DNA of 45,918 nucleotides, taken from an uncultured Gammaproteobacteria bacterium. Lineage in GTDB: Bacteria > Pseudomonadota > Gammaproteobacteria > Magnimaribacterales > D2472. Position 1 is the first letter of the stretch, and every line of letters starts with the position of its first letter. Below the pieces are notes generated by a model, which did no database searches, was not told where the DNA came from, and was given only the letters and a program-made list of their open reading frames with translations. Location of the stretch: NCBI GenBank assembly GCA_964469915.1, contig CAYXZT010000002.1:1-45918 (forward strand). Reading direction: 5' to 3'. Positions 1 through 9,709 of the stretch are shown here, piece after piece. The position numbers and the translations under genes were made by a program.

Positions 1-294
1 TGGAAGTATCTTCTTGGCTATGCAAAACTCCCACAAATAAAGAAAATTCAAAAACACCTCTTTACTGAGCTTGGCATAAGGGGTTTTTTAAAACTTTATT
101 GGAATGTTTCTGGTATAAAAAGAAAGGTTATCTTTAGAACTTTTAAGATGAAAAAAAAGTGGCCTTTTCAAATGCCTGATGAATACCTAAATATGAGAAT
201 ATCTGATCTTAGAAAAACTTATGGAATAAATATTCTCAGCACAGAAGAGCTTAATTACTCTCCAACACAATGGTCTGGCGCTAAAAATAGCTAG
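1..294 (+). CDS. 3' end of an unidentified CDS entering from upstream of the window (97 codons, stop TAG 292-294)
   Basis: Frame +1 is open from base 1 to TAG at 292-294. My translation ends ...KKWPFQMPDEYLNMRISDLRKTYGINILSTEELNYSPTQWSGAKNS*. It is not in the supplied track because no start codon lies in the window. No family recognised. It overlaps the convergent ORF 281-1534 by 14 nt. Confidence 0.3.
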   Translation, partial: WKYLLGYAKLPQIKKIQKHLFTELGIRGFLKLYWNVSGIKRKVIFRTFKMKKKWPFQMPDEYLNMRISDLRKTYGINILSTEELNYSPTQWSGAKNS

Positions 295-1534
295 ATACTT
301 GGTTTATAACATTATCAATATATTGAATCTGCTGATCTGATGGTGCGTATTTGCGTGCAATACTTAGATGATATATTCCCTTCTGGATATCGCCTGTATT
401 AACATATGCCGTCCCGAGATATAAGCTGGTCATAGCTAGATTTTTTCTAAAACTAGGCTTTTGCTTTATATAGTAGGATATATTTTTATCGAGATTTATT
501 ATTTTCTTGAACTCTTCCGCATAATAAAGTGAGTCTACTAATATGATAAGACTGCTTAACAAAACCTCTTCTGGATAACGATATTTTTCACCATCGAGCG
601 ATTCTATAAATGTAAAAAGTGAAGCCGAAGCCTCTAGGTATTCCTCATTAAAATAATGCGCTCTTGCTTTTTCAAAGTAGAAAATATCATCGTATTCTAA
701 ATAACTCTGTGCTGTAGACACTGCTTGATTATAATTTTTATTAAAAATGCTATTTCTTACATTATCGTAGGCTTTATCTACTTCGTCTTTCATCTTAGAG
801 AGCTTTGGCCTCAGGCTAAATGTAAATTTATGCTTAACACCTTTCGTGTATATGGGTTTATTATTTATCTTAGCCGGCTTGTATTTAAACTTCACCAATG
901 CCGTTAGAGCCTCTCTATTAAAAAATGAACAGGGTTGAAAATCTGTATATGGGCTCGATACATTGCCACACCACCCCTCTACAATTTCTTCATTAACGAC
1001 TTTCCCTTTTTCAGTGATATCAAATTCGATTACAACATAACCAGTCTCTCCAAACTCGAGCATATTTTTTGGATATCTAGGGGTTCGGTTTTTTGTTTTT
1101 TTATATTTTGTATATTTATCTAAAAGATCGATGGCATGCAAATCTTTCTTGCCCTTTAAAATAAATGTTGCATCTTGAATAGCCTTAGAAATTTCACATT
1201 TTGTATTGGCGAACTCGCCTTCAAAAAGGCCTTCATTTTTAATACAGTTTTTAAATTTTATTAACTCTTCATTATAAATATTTGAATAATATTTCTTGGT
1301 AATTTCATTTAACGGATTTTGAGAAGTATTACCTTCTTTATATTTTTTTAAGCGCATAGATTCTGAATTTGCATTATCGTTTGGATGGTCATAAACAGAT
1401 GGTCTATTTGGACTATGAAAAGGAGGGGCATTGCTTCCTGGATCTGGATCACCAAGATATGCATCTTGACCCAGCATTGTATTAGTACTTAAAAAACAAA
1501 TTACAAATAAAAATATTTTATTAATGGGCTTCAT
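281..1534 (-). CDS. Secreted protein with a central TonB C-terminal-like domain and a helical, TPR-like C-terminal half
   Basis: 417 aa ORF. The N-terminal MKPINKIFLFVICFLSTNTMLG looks like a signal peptide, followed by a Pro/Asn-rich linker. The segment PRYPKNMLEFGETGYVVIEFDITEKGKVVNEEIVEG...FNREALTALVKFKYKPAKINNKP...KFTFSL matches the TonB_C pattern (xYPxxAxxxGxEGxVxVxFxIxxxGxV...AAxxAVxxWxFxPA). The start overlaps the polA stop by 14 nt. Confidence 0.6.
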   Translation of the reverse strand: MKPINKIFLFVICFLSTNTMLGQDAYLGDPDPGSNAPPFHSPNRPSVYDHPNDNANSESMRLKKYKEGNTSQNPLNEITKKYYSNIYNEELIKFKNCIKNEGLFEGEFANTKCEISKAIQDATFILKGKKDLHAIDLLDKYTKYKKTKNRTPRYPKNMLEFGETGYVVIEFDITEKGKVVNEEIVEGWCGNVSSPYTDFQPCSFFNREALTALVKFKYKPAKINNKPIYTKGVKHKFTFSLRPKLSKMKDEVDKAYDNVRNSIFNKNYNQAVSTAQSYLEYDDIFYFEKARAHYFNEEYLEASASLFTFIESLDGEKYRYPEEVLLSSLIILVDSLYYAEEFKKIINLDKNISYYIKQKPSFRKNLAMTSLYLGTAYVNTGDIQKGIYHLSIARKYAPSDQQIQYIDNVINQVSSYF

Positions 1535-4238
1535 TCCAATTGTCTCCTATCGCAGCTTCGGCTATTAATGGTATGTCAAGCTTAACAGCATCTTCCATCA
1601 TCTTCTTCATTATTTGAAGAACCTCTTTAGAGCTTTTCTTTGGTGCCTCAAAAATGAGTTCATCATGAACTTGCATTATCATTTTTACCTCTGGCATTTC
1701 TTTGTATAAAAAAGTATTAATATCTATCATTGCTTTTTTTATGATGTCAGCAGCAGACCCTTGGAGGGGCGCATTAATGGCAGCCCTTTCAGCTGCTTGT
1801 CTTCTGAGACCATTTGCAGCATTAATTTCATTCAAATAAAGCCTCCTACCCATTATTGTTTCAACGAACATATCCTCTTTGGCCTGAGCTTTAGTTTCTT
1901 CCATGTATCTTTTGACGCCAGTATATCTCTCAAAATATGTATCAAGATATTTTTGAGCTTCAGCTCTTGGAATGTCTAGCTGGCGAGTTAGGCCAAAGGC
2001 CGACATCCCATACATAAGCCCAAAATTAATTGCTTTTGCGCTTCGTCTTTGATCTTGTGATACATCATTTAAATTGACGCCGAATACCTCGGCCGCAGTC
2101 GCAGAATGAACATCTAAGTTATTATTGAAAGCATATGTAAGATTCTCATCTTTTGATAGATGAGCCATTATTCGTAGCTCTATTTGAGAGTAATCAGCAG
2201 ATATCAAAACATTGCCTTTTTCGGGCACAAATGCTTCCCTAATTCTTCTTCCTTCTGCAGTCTTGATTGGTATATTTTGTAAATTTGGTTCTGTGGATGA
2301 AAGCCTGCCGGTCGATGTGACTGCTTGCTGATAAGAAGTATGTATCCTTTTAGTTACTGGGTTTTCAATTCTTATTAGACTATCTGTATATGTAGATTTT
2401 AACTTTGCGAGAGTTCTATATTGAAGAATTATTTTTGGTATTTCATATTCCTCTGCAAGCCTTTGGAGGGTTTCTTCATTAGTAGATGGCTGGCCTTTTG
2501 GTGTTTTCTTTAAAATAGGAAGTTTTAGTTTTTCATACAATATTACTAATAATTGTTTTGGTGAATCTAAGTTGAACTCTTCTCCAGCAATCTTAAAAGC
2601 CTGCTCAGAAAGATCATCAATTTTGTTTGAAAGCTCCTTGGAGTGAGCTGCTAGCTTATTCTTATCTACCTTGGCACCATTCATTTCTATTCTAGATAGA
2701 GCATGTACCAGAGGATATTCTATTTCCGTAAGAAGCTTTTCTTGAGTTGGCTTATCTTTTAAAAGATCATTCAATCTATTAAATAATCTCAAGGTAATAT
2801 CAGCATCTTCTGCTGCATAGTTCGATGCAATATCTATTGATACAGCTGAAAAATTAATCTGCTTCGATGCCGTCCCAGTTACATCTTTATATTTAACTGT
2901 AGTGTAATTTAAATAAAATTCAGCCAACTTATCCATGCCATGTCGAGTTGCTGTGCTATTTAAAACATATGACATTAGCATTGTGTCAGCATAAAACTTT
3001 TCCAAGTGAATTCCATGTCTTGATAGTATTGGTAAATCAAATTTAAGGTTTTGCCCAACTGCCTTGTGTTGATTTTTTTCAATGGACTTTCCTAGAATTT
3101 CTATAATTACTTTGATATCTATTTGCTTAGGGCAGCCATCATATTTATGATTGATTGGAATATAGCAGCCTGTTTCCTCTTCGGTAGAAAGGGATATCCC
3201 AACAATATTTGCAGTAACTGTATCGAGAGAGTCGGTTTCGGTATCAATTGCAAAAACCTTACAAGCATCTAGTTTTTTTGCCCAGTTCAGTAAATCTTCT
3301 TTAGTGAATAGAGTTTCGTAATTACCTTGAACTTTTAACTTATTCTCTGAGGTTGCTTGTGTTGGCTCAGAAGCTTCAGCTGAACTAGATTTTGCAGACG
3401 GCTTCTTTAAAGCTTTAAACTCTAATTCACTAAATAGCTTATCTAGCTTCTCTTGATCTGCATTTAGCTCAAGCATGCTTTCAAAGTCTATCCCAAGATC
3501 AACATCATTTTTTAAAGATACAAGTTCAACATTTCGGTCAAGATCGCCTAAGGAGCTTCTTAAGTTTTCGCCGACTACCCCTTTAATATGATCTGCATTG
3601 AGTTTGATTTCATCAATATTTCCATACTCATTTAACCATTTAGCTGCAGTTTTTTGACCTACTTTTGGTACTCCTGGAATGTTGTCCGAGGTATCACCAG
3701 TCAATGCAAGCATATCTCTTATTTGGCTTGGTTTAACACCAAATTTTTCTAATACTTTATCTTCATTAAAAATTTGATGAGTCATTGTGTTCATCATTGT
3801 TGAAATTGGATCTTCAACTAACTGCATTAAATCTTTATCCAATGATGATATAACGGTTTTAAATTTTTTTTCTTTTGCTATTTTAACTAATGTTGCAATT
3901 ACATCATCAGCCTCAACCCCGGCTATTTCTATTAAGGGGAATCCAATTGCTCTTACTATTTCTTTTAATGGTTGTAGCTGTTCCCTGAGATCATCTGGCA
4001 TTGGAGGTCTGTTTGCTTTGTAGTCTTTATATATATCATTCCTAAATGTTTTTCCCTTTGCATCGAAAACTACGATTATTGGTGATCCTTCGCTATCTTT
4101 TTTGAGGGTCATTAACATATTAGTAACGCCTTTGATGGCGCCTGTTGGCTGTCCTGAAGAGGCTGTTAAAGGCGGCATTGCATGATATGCCCTGTATAAG
4201 TATGAGGAGCCGTCAATGATAAAAATTCTATCTTTCAT
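1521..4238 (-). CDS. polA: DNA polymerase I
   Basis: 905 aa. It has an N-terminal 5'-3' exonuclease region (IIDGSSYLYRAYHA), a 3'-5' exonuclease region (FAIDTETDSL), and polymerase motifs (ISADYSQIELRIMAH, RRSAKAINFGLMYGMSAFGL, QVHDELIFE). Confidence 0.97.
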   Translation of the reverse strand: MKDRIFIIDGSSYLYRAYHAMPPLTASSGQPTGAIKGVTNMLMTLKKDSEGSPIIVVFDAKGKTFRNDIYKDYKANRPPMPDDLREQLQPLKEIVRAIGFPLIEIAGVEADDVIATLVKIAKEKKFKTVISSLDKDLMQLVEDPISTMMNTMTHQIFNEDKVLEKFGVKPSQIRDMLALTGDTSDNIPGVPKVGQKTAAKWLNEYGNIDEIKLNADHIKGVVGENLRSSLGDLDRNVELVSLKNDVDLGIDFESMLELNADQEKLDKLFSELEFKALKKPSAKSSSAEASEPTQATSENKLKVQGNYETLFTKEDLLNWAKKLDACKVFAIDTETDSLDTVTANIVGISLSTEEETGCYIPINHKYDGCPKQIDIKVIIEILGKSIEKNQHKAVGQNLKFDLPILSRHGIHLEKFYADTMLMSYVLNSTATRHGMDKLAEFYLNYTTVKYKDVTGTASKQINFSAVSIDIASNYAAEDADITLRLFNRLNDLLKDKPTQEKLLTEIEYPLVHALSRIEMNGAKVDKNKLAAHSKELSNKIDDLSEQAFKIAGEEFNLDSPKQLLVILYEKLKLPILKKTPKGQPSTNEETLQRLAEEYEIPKIILQYRTLAKLKSTYTDSLIRIENPVTKRIHTSYQQAVTSTGRLSSTEPNLQNIPIKTAEGRRIREAFVPEKGNVLISADYSQIELRIMAHLSKDENLTYAFNNNLDVHSATAAEVFGVNLNDVSQDQRRSAKAINFGLMYGMSAFGLTRQLDIPRAEAQKYLDTYFERYTGVKRYMEETKAQAKEDMFVETIMGRRLYLNEINAANGLRRQAAERAAINAPLQGSAADIIKKAMIDINTFLYKEMPEVKMIMQVHDELIFEAPKKSSKEVLQIMKKMMEDAVKLDIPLIAEAAIGDNWNEAH

Positions 4239-4316
4239 ATTTAATTGTGATTACCTGGATGTATTATGCATAAGTTTTTTTTATACTACTCGATAACATA
4301 TAAGAGAAAATTACTT

Positions 4317-4823
4317 ATGCGACTTTTACACTTTATAAAAACAGTTTATCAAAACTATTTTGAATTAGCCTGTTTTATGGGTGCATCTTCAATAATTTTA
4401 TTAGCTATATTGATGGACTATTACCTTGGCCTTGATGCCTGTCCAATGTGCATCATGTCTAGGTATGCATTTGGACTTATAGCAATATGGTCCTTGATAG
4501 GTCTCATTTATAAAAAAATAAATATTGTTACGAGATTGCTTGTGCTTGCTTCTGCAATCGCAGGTATTGCTATCACTGGCAAACAAGTCTATCTACAAAA
4601 TTTAAGTGCAGAAGAAATTGCAAACCTTGCTACTAGTTGCGGCATGCCTCTTTCAACTCAAATTGATTATTTTGGGCTTATAGGCGGCATTACTAATGCA
4701 TACAAAGGTGGGCCAACGTGTGCAGAGGAAAACTGGAGATTTATACTTAATTTTGCTGAATGGGGTCTGTTATTTTTTATAATAATATCTGCTTCAGCAC
4801 TGCTAAAGCTTATAAAAAGGTAG
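4317..4823 (+). CDS. dsbB: Disulfide bond formation protein B
   Basis: Four-TM protein with the first-loop CPMC pair (DACPMCIMSRY) and a second Cys pair (TSCG ... PTCAEENW). I prefer the ATG at 4317 (MRLLHF..., 168 aa) over the track start at 4266. It gives an E. coli DsbB-like length and leaves a 78-bp divergent promoter region with polA. Confidence 0.8.
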   Translation: MRLLHFIKTVYQNYFELACFMGASSIILLAILMDYYLGLDACPMCIMSRYAFGLIAIWSLIGLIYKKINIVTRLLVLASAIAGIAITGKQVYLQNLSAEEIANLATSCGMPLSTQIDYFGLIGGITNAYKGGPTCAEENWRFILNFAEWGLLFFIIISASALLKLIKR

Positions 4824-4854
4824 TTTTTTATTAATTTGTAATAAAACTACAAGA

Positions 4855-4869
4855 TTTACACTCTGTAAA
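4855..4869. promoter_or_regulatory. Perfect palindrome TTTACA-CTC-TGTAAA upstream of pckA (candidate operator)
   Basis: The inverted repeat was read directly from the sequence. A degenerate second copy, TTTAACACTTTGTAAA, lies at 4949-4964 just upstream of a TATAAT (4974-4979). Both copies are preceded by ACTACAAG (4846-4853 and 4930-4937). Confidence 0.4.
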
Positions 4870-5012
4870 CCCTTTAAATACAACAAATAATTAATTATTT
4901 GACTAAAATGCAGCCTTGAACTTTAATTCACTACAAGTAATGTAAATATTTAACACTTTGTAAATAAAGGCTATATAATTTTACTCCCCTATTAGATATA
5001 GTAAATATTAAT

Positions 5013-6554
5013 ATGAAAAATGCAGACAGCCAAAATGAGTTAAGACTTTCAAGCGAAGAGCTAATACTCAAAGCGGTTGCTAATAATGAAGGTACTATTG
5101 CTAGCAATGGTGCCTTTTCTGCAATCACAGGCGAAAGAACCGGAAGAAGTCCCAACGACAGATTTATAGTTAAAGAATCAACAACCTCTGATTTAATTGA
5201 TTGGGGTTCAATTAACAAGCCAATCGAAGAAGATGTTTTTGACAAGCTTTGGGATAAAGTAGAATCCTACTTATTCGAAAAAGAAAAATATGTATCTGAT
5301 GTTCATGTTGGTTCCCATGAAGAACATTACTTGCCAGTCAAAGTAACAACAGAAACAGCTTGGCATGGTTTATTTGCAAGACTAATATTTGTGGTTCCTG
5401 AAAGCTTTAATCCATCTAACAAACAAAAGTGGGAAATTTTAAGCGCAGCAAATTTTGAATGTGATCCTGAAGTTGATGGTACGAACTCTGATGGGTGTGT
5501 GATTATAAATTTTGCACAAAGAAAAGTTTTGCTTGCAGGAATGAAGTATGCAGGCGAAATGAAAAAATCGATGTTCTCTGCACAAAACTTTTTATTACCT
5601 GAAAAGGATGTACTGCCAATGCATTGTTCTGCGAATGTAAATGCTGATGGTAAGGTTGCCTTATTCTTTGGTCTTTCTGGCACTGGAAAAACAACATTGT
5701 CTGCTGATCCAACATGCTCATTAATTGGAGATGATGAACATGGCTGGGGTGTTGGTTCTGTCTTCAATTTTGAGGGCGGCTGTTATGCAAAAACAATAGA
5801 TTTGTCTGAAGAAAATGAACCGGTTATATTCAAGGCAATAAAACACGGCAGTGTAATTGAAAATGTATATTTAGATGCTGAAGGAGTGCCTGACTATTAC
5901 AATACATCGCTTTCAGAGAATGGAAGATGCTGTTACCCACGAACGCATATTGATAATGCTATCCCTTCAAATGCTGCAGGCGAACCAGAGACAGTAATAT
6001 TTTTAACCTGTGATTTAACAGGGTTGATTCCTCCTGTTTCTATCCTCTCAAAAGAGGCTGCTGCATATCATTTTTTAAGTGGCTATACAGCTAAAGTTGG
6101 GTCTACGGAGATGGGCTCTAGCGCATCAATTGAGTCAACTTTCTCTACTTGTTTCGGTGCGCCATTTTTTCCGAGGCCGGCAGGAGAGTATGCAGATCTT
6201 CTAATGAAAAGGATTGAGTCTTTTGGGTCTAAAGTGTTTTTAGTTAATACTGGCTGGACTGGAGGACCTTTTGGAAAAGGCTCAAGATTCGCAATACCAA
6301 CCACAAGAAGAGTTGTTAATGCCATTCAAAATGGCGAATTGAATGGAGTAGCTACACAAAACATACCTGGCTTAAATTTAGATGTTCCTCTAGCACTAGA
6401 TGGGGTTGATACTCAGCTGCTCAATCCAATAGATACATGGGAAGACAAGGAAGAATATAATAAATATCTTCATGAACTTGTGATTAAATTCCAAAATAAT
6501 TTTGAGAAATTCAAAGTTGATGAAGAAATTGTATCTGCTGGTCCTAGGCTTTAA
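5013..6554 (+). CDS. pckA: Phosphoenolpyruvate carboxykinase (ATP)
   Basis: 513 aa with the kinase-1a loop [13 protein letters not shown], the IGDDEHGW motif, and overall PckA-like sequence. Confidence 0.95.
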   Translation: MKNADSQNELRLSSEELILKAVANNEGTIASNGAFSAITGERTGRSPNDRFIVKESTTSDLIDWGSINKPIEEDVFDKLWDKVESYLFEKEKYVSDVHVGSHEEHYLPVKVTTETAWHGLFARLIFVVPESFNPSNKQKWEILSAANFECDPEVDGTNSDGCVIINFAQRKVLLAGMKYAGEMKKSMFSAQNFLLPEKDVLPMHCSANVNADGKVALFFGLSGTGKTTLSADPTCSLIGDDEHGWGVGSVFNFEGGCYAKTIDLSEENEPVIFKAIKHGSVIENVYLDAEGVPDYYNTSLSENGRCCYPRTHIDNAIPSNAAGEPETVIFLTCDLTGLIPPVSILSKEAAAYHFLSGYTAKVGSTEMGSSASIESTFSTCFGAPFFPRPAGEYADLLMKRIESFGSKVFLVNTGWTGGPFGKGSRFAIPTTRRVVNAIQNGELNGVATQNIPGLNLDVPLALDGVDTQLLNPIDTWEDKEEYNKYLHELVIKFQNNFEKFKVDEEIVSAGPRL

Positions 6555-6563
6555 GATACCCAT

Positions 6564-8054
6564 GTGGAATTCGCTAAAAAAATAAATGAACTAAAAGATA
6601 TAGGCTTTTTTGAAAACCTTGAAATTGAGAGGGGTATTGAAAAAGAATCCCTGCGAATAAACCAAGATGGCGATATCTCTGAAAAAAAACACCCAAGACT
6701 TTTGGGATCTTCTTTTACGAATCCATCTATAACAACTGACTTTGCAGAAGCCTTGGTGGAAATTGTTACTCCAGTTTTTACTAATGTTGATGATCTTTAT
6801 AATCATTTATTAGGTCTTCATGTATTCATTAATAAGAGCTTAGATAACGAGCTTCTTTGGCCTTTCTCAATCCCTCCTCGAATTAAGAGCGAGTCAAAAA
6901 TAAATATAGCCACATATGCCAATAATAAGGCGGGTAATCTTAAGTATGTATATCGAAAAGGCCTTGCTGCAAGATATGGAAAAACTATGCAATGTGTTTC
7001 AGGGATACACTTTAATTTTTCTTTATCTGAGGATTCAATTAGCCTCTTATTGCAATCTAAATCCCAACAAGATAAAAATTCTGCGTACCTAGGTCTTATA
7101 AGAAATTTTAAAAGACTTTTTTGGTTTGTCTTAACTGAGTTTGGCGAGTCGTCTATTGTTGATAAATCTTTCGTAAACAATAGAAAAAATGATCTTGATA
7201 AATTAAATGAAACAGATTTATATAAAAAAAATGCAACCTCTCTAAGAATGAGTGAGATTGGGTATAAGAGTTCTGCTCAAGAGAACTTAAATATCCATTA
7301 CAATGATTTAGAATCTTTTCTTGAGCAAATTAAGGAGGCAATCGTAAAACCTTATCCTGAATTTGCTAAATTTAACAAGAAGGGTCTCGATGGTCTTTAC
7401 GACCAAATATCTGACGGAATACTACAAATTGAGAATGAGTTATATGACTGCATAAGGCCAAAGAGAGCGACAAGTGGGGATATTAGGCCTCATGATGTCT
7501 TAAAAAGTGAGGGTATTAAGTATGTCGAAGTAAGAGGAATAGACCTGTCCCCCAACGAAGTGACAGGCATCTCAAAAGATCAAATTCGAATACTAGATCT
7601 AATACTTCTGTATTGTCTTATTAAAGAAAGTCCAGAAATTAATGATTTAGAACTTGAGAGTATAAATGCTAATGACCAAGCAGCTATTAAAAATGGCAGA
7701 AATAGTAATACAAAAGTTCTTTTTAATGGAAAACAGGAGTCGATAAGTGATGCAAGAGCAAATATTATTAGTGAACTTAATAGTATTGCCAAAATGCTTA
7801 AAGGTAACGACCATGAGATAGCTTTAAAGAGCCTAAATTTCAAAAAAAATACTTTCAATCCATCACGTTCTTTTCATGATGCAGGGGTTGAGCTAGCAAA
7901 AAAAAATCACTTAGAAATGTTGAATATTAAAAATGCAGATATGACACCTTTTATAAACGAAGCAGAGGAATCTTGGGTAAAGTTTGATAAGATTCCAAGT
8001 GATACAATTGATGACATCAATGATTTCTTGTCATCGTACAATAAAAATTTTTAA
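6564..8054 (+). CDS. gshA: Glutamate--cysteine ligase
   Basis: 496 aa with a GTG start. It is collinear with my recollection of E. coli GshA (IERGIEKESLRINQDG..., ITTDFAEALVEIVTP, QIENELYDCIRPKR, IKYVEVRGIDLSP). Confidence 0.9.
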   Translation: MEFAKKINELKDIGFFENLEIERGIEKESLRINQDGDISEKKHPRLLGSSFTNPSITTDFAEALVEIVTPVFTNVDDLYNHLLGLHVFINKSLDNELLWPFSIPPRIKSESKINIATYANNKAGNLKYVYRKGLAARYGKTMQCVSGIHFNFSLSEDSISLLLQSKSQQDKNSAYLGLIRNFKRLFWFVLTEFGESSIVDKSFVNNRKNDLDKLNETDLYKKNATSLRMSEIGYKSSAQENLNIHYNDLESFLEQIKEAIVKPYPEFAKFNKKGLDGLYDQISDGILQIENELYDCIRPKRATSGDIRPHDVLKSEGIKYVEVRGIDLSPNEVTGISKDQIRILDLILLYCLIKESPEINDLELESINANDQAAIKNGRNSNTKVLFNGKQESISDARANIISELNSIAKMLKGNDHEIALKSLNFKKNTFNPSRSFHDAGVELAKKNHLEMLNIKNADMTPFINEAEESWVKFDKIPSDTIDDINDFLSSYNKNF

Positions 8055-8066
8055 ACAGGGGAAAAA

Positions 8067-9071
8067 ATGAAAGCTTTACAATGTGTAGAATTAGGCGGTC
8101 CAGAAAAACTTCAATTAAATGATATTCCAGACCCTGAGATATCAGCAGAACATGTAATTATTGATGTTAAGTCTGCTAGTGTAAACTTTCCCGACGTATT
8201 AATGATTCAAGGCCTTTATCAATTCCAACCGCCATTACCTTTTGTTCCTGGTGGTGAATCTGCAGGAATTGTTACTGAAGTTGGTGAAGGAGTTTCAGAT
8301 TATGCAGTCGGCGATAAGGTTTTTGCTGCAACAGGCGTGGGCGGTATTTCTGAGAAAATTCTTGCACATCAATCTATGTTGAGGCCAATACCAGAGGAAA
8401 TGGATTTTGAAATTGCTGCAGCATTATCAGTTACATATGGAACATCTATTTATGCTTTAAAACAAAGAGCAAATATTCAACCTGGAGAAACTCTATTGGT
8501 TCTTGGTGCATCAGGTGGTGTTGGTCTAGCAACTGTACAGTTAGGAAAGGCAATGGGTGCTAAAGTTATAGCAGCAGCTTCAACCCAAGAAAAAGTTGAT
8601 ATATGTATGGCGAATGGGGCTGATGAGGGCTTTGTTTACCCATCAGGTAATCTTGACAGAGATCAGCAAAAAGAACTTTCAAATAAGGTAAAGGAGTTAA
8701 CTGGGGGAATGGGCCCTAATGTTATCTATGATCCTGTTGGAGGAAGCTACGCTGAGCCATGTTTAAGGTCAATAGCCTGGGAAGGAAGATACCTTGTGAT
8801 TGGTTTTGCTGCTGGAGCTGATCAGATACCTAAGATGCCACTAAACTTAACACTACTAAAAGGCTGTCAAATAATCGGTGTTTTTTGGGGCGCTTGGGCA
8901 GGTATGTTTCCTGCAGAAAATCAGAAAAACTTTGAAGAGCTTTTTACAATGTTTGCAGAAGGAAAAATTAATCCAGAGGCTACTGATAAATTCACCCTAG
9001 AGACTTCTGCTGACGCCATTGCTCACCTAAAAGATAGAAAAGCAAAAGGAAAAGTTGTAATTAACTTTTAG
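8067..9071 (+). CDS. NADPH:quinone oxidoreductase-like protein (medium-chain dehydrogenase/reductase family)
   Basis: 334 aa with a GroES-like N-terminal domain and the Rossmann motif LVLGASGGVGLATVQLGKAMGAKV. It ends KGKVVINF, typical of Qor-like MDR proteins. Confidence 0.8.
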   Translation: MKALQCVELGGPEKLQLNDIPDPEISAEHVIIDVKSASVNFPDVLMIQGLYQFQPPLPFVPGGESAGIVTEVGEGVSDYAVGDKVFAATGVGGISEKILAHQSMLRPIPEEMDFEIAAALSVTYGTSIYALKQRANIQPGETLLVLGASGGVGLATVQLGKAMGAKVIAAASTQEKVDICMANGADEGFVYPSGNLDRDQQKELSNKVKELTGGMGPNVIYDPVGGSYAEPCLRSIAWEGRYLVIGFAAGADQIPKMPLNLTLLKGCQIIGVFWGAWAGMFPAENQKNFEELFTMFAEGKINPEATDKFTLETSADAIAHLKDRKAKGKVVINF

Positions 9072-9709
9072 TCCTGCGTAACTGACTGATAGGTCAAGGA
9101 GAGTCTTGAGGTGCTAAATGGGGGCCTGAAAAGACCGGCATACTCACCTTTAGGATTTAACAAAATAATGCTGTTTACATGATTGTCTAAGTGGGAATGA
9201 TCCATGTTGTGGTTTGAGCTTGGCATAACATTATTTACAGAAAGCTGAGTAGCCAGATTTAAGAGCATTGGCCTCTCATTACTAACACCCATAAAATCAT
9301 CATCAAATCCTTTTGCATATTTATCTATATCTTCAGGTGAATCTCTTTCAGGGTCAATCGTAACTAAAACCCATTGCTTGTTATCTAAATTATAATTTTT
9401 GTCTCTTAGAATTTTGACTAGCTTAGAAAGCTCATACATTGTTGTTGGGCATTCATCTGGGCATCTTGAAAACCCAAAATACATTACTGTCCACTTTCCA
9501 AGCAAATCTTCTTTAGTGAATGACCTATTATTAGATGAAAAGAATTCAAAATCTGATATTTGTTTTGGCTTTTCAAAAAGGAACAAGCCGTTTACAAGCA
9601 GCTCATTATTGCTGAGAGTCCTTGGTGTTGTAAGTTTGTTTATAAACAAGCTCATTACAGTGATTATAAAAATTGATATTAAGAATAAGTTTTTGTTTAT
9701 AGGTTTCAT
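9068..9709 (-). CDS. SCO1/SenC family copper chaperone for cytochrome oxidase
   Basis: 213 aa with an N-terminal membrane anchor and a thioredoxin-like fold carrying the CxxxC motif (FSRCPDECPTT). It is the last gene of the cox assembly operon, matching the position of senC in Pseudomonas. Confidence 0.85.
   Translation of the reverse strand: MKPINKNLFLISIFIITVMSLFINKLTTPRTLSNNELLVNGLFLFEKPKQISDFEFFSSNNRSFTKEDLLGKWTVMYFGFSRCPDECPTTMYELSKLVKILRDKNYNLDNKQWVLVTIDPERDSPEDIDKYAKGFDDDFMGVSNERPMLLNLATQLSVNNVMPSSNHNMDHSHLDNHVNSIILLNPKGEYAGLFRPPFSTSRLSLTYQSVTQD

Noticed and set aside
2292-2300. DnaA-box-like TGTGGATGA inside polA
   Set aside because: It has one mismatch, is isolated, lies deep inside a coding region far from any AT-rich spacer, and is expected by chance in 46 kb.
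4266-4316. Longer N-terminal extensions offered by the track for dsbB (4266), ctaG (to 14577) and purE (to 20435)
   Set aside because: The extensions add residues that do not match the homologue N termini I recall. They also create long overlaps with neighbouring genes, and downstream ATGs give canonical protein starts.
4820-4850. Inverted repeat GTAGTTTT ... AAAACTAC overlapping the dsbB stop codon, considered as a possible terminator
   Set aside because: It has an 8-bp all-weak stem with a 15-nt loop and no downstream T-run, so it is not convincing as an intrinsic terminator.
5327-5767. 146-aa antisense ORF inside pckA. Similar shadow ORFs occur at 31468-31902 in dnaN, 6818-7180 in gshA and 42972-43301 in atpF/atpH
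   Set aside because: They are fully embedded opposite strongly supported conserved genes, and the products have no recognisable motifs. These are typical shadow ORFs.
9692-9709. Identical MKPINK N termini of the SCO1 protein (9068-9709) and the TonB_C protein (281-1534)
   Set aside because: This is a six-residue coincidence at the basic n-region of two signal or anchor peptides. The nucleotide and downstream protein sequences diverge immediately, so it is not evidence of duplication.
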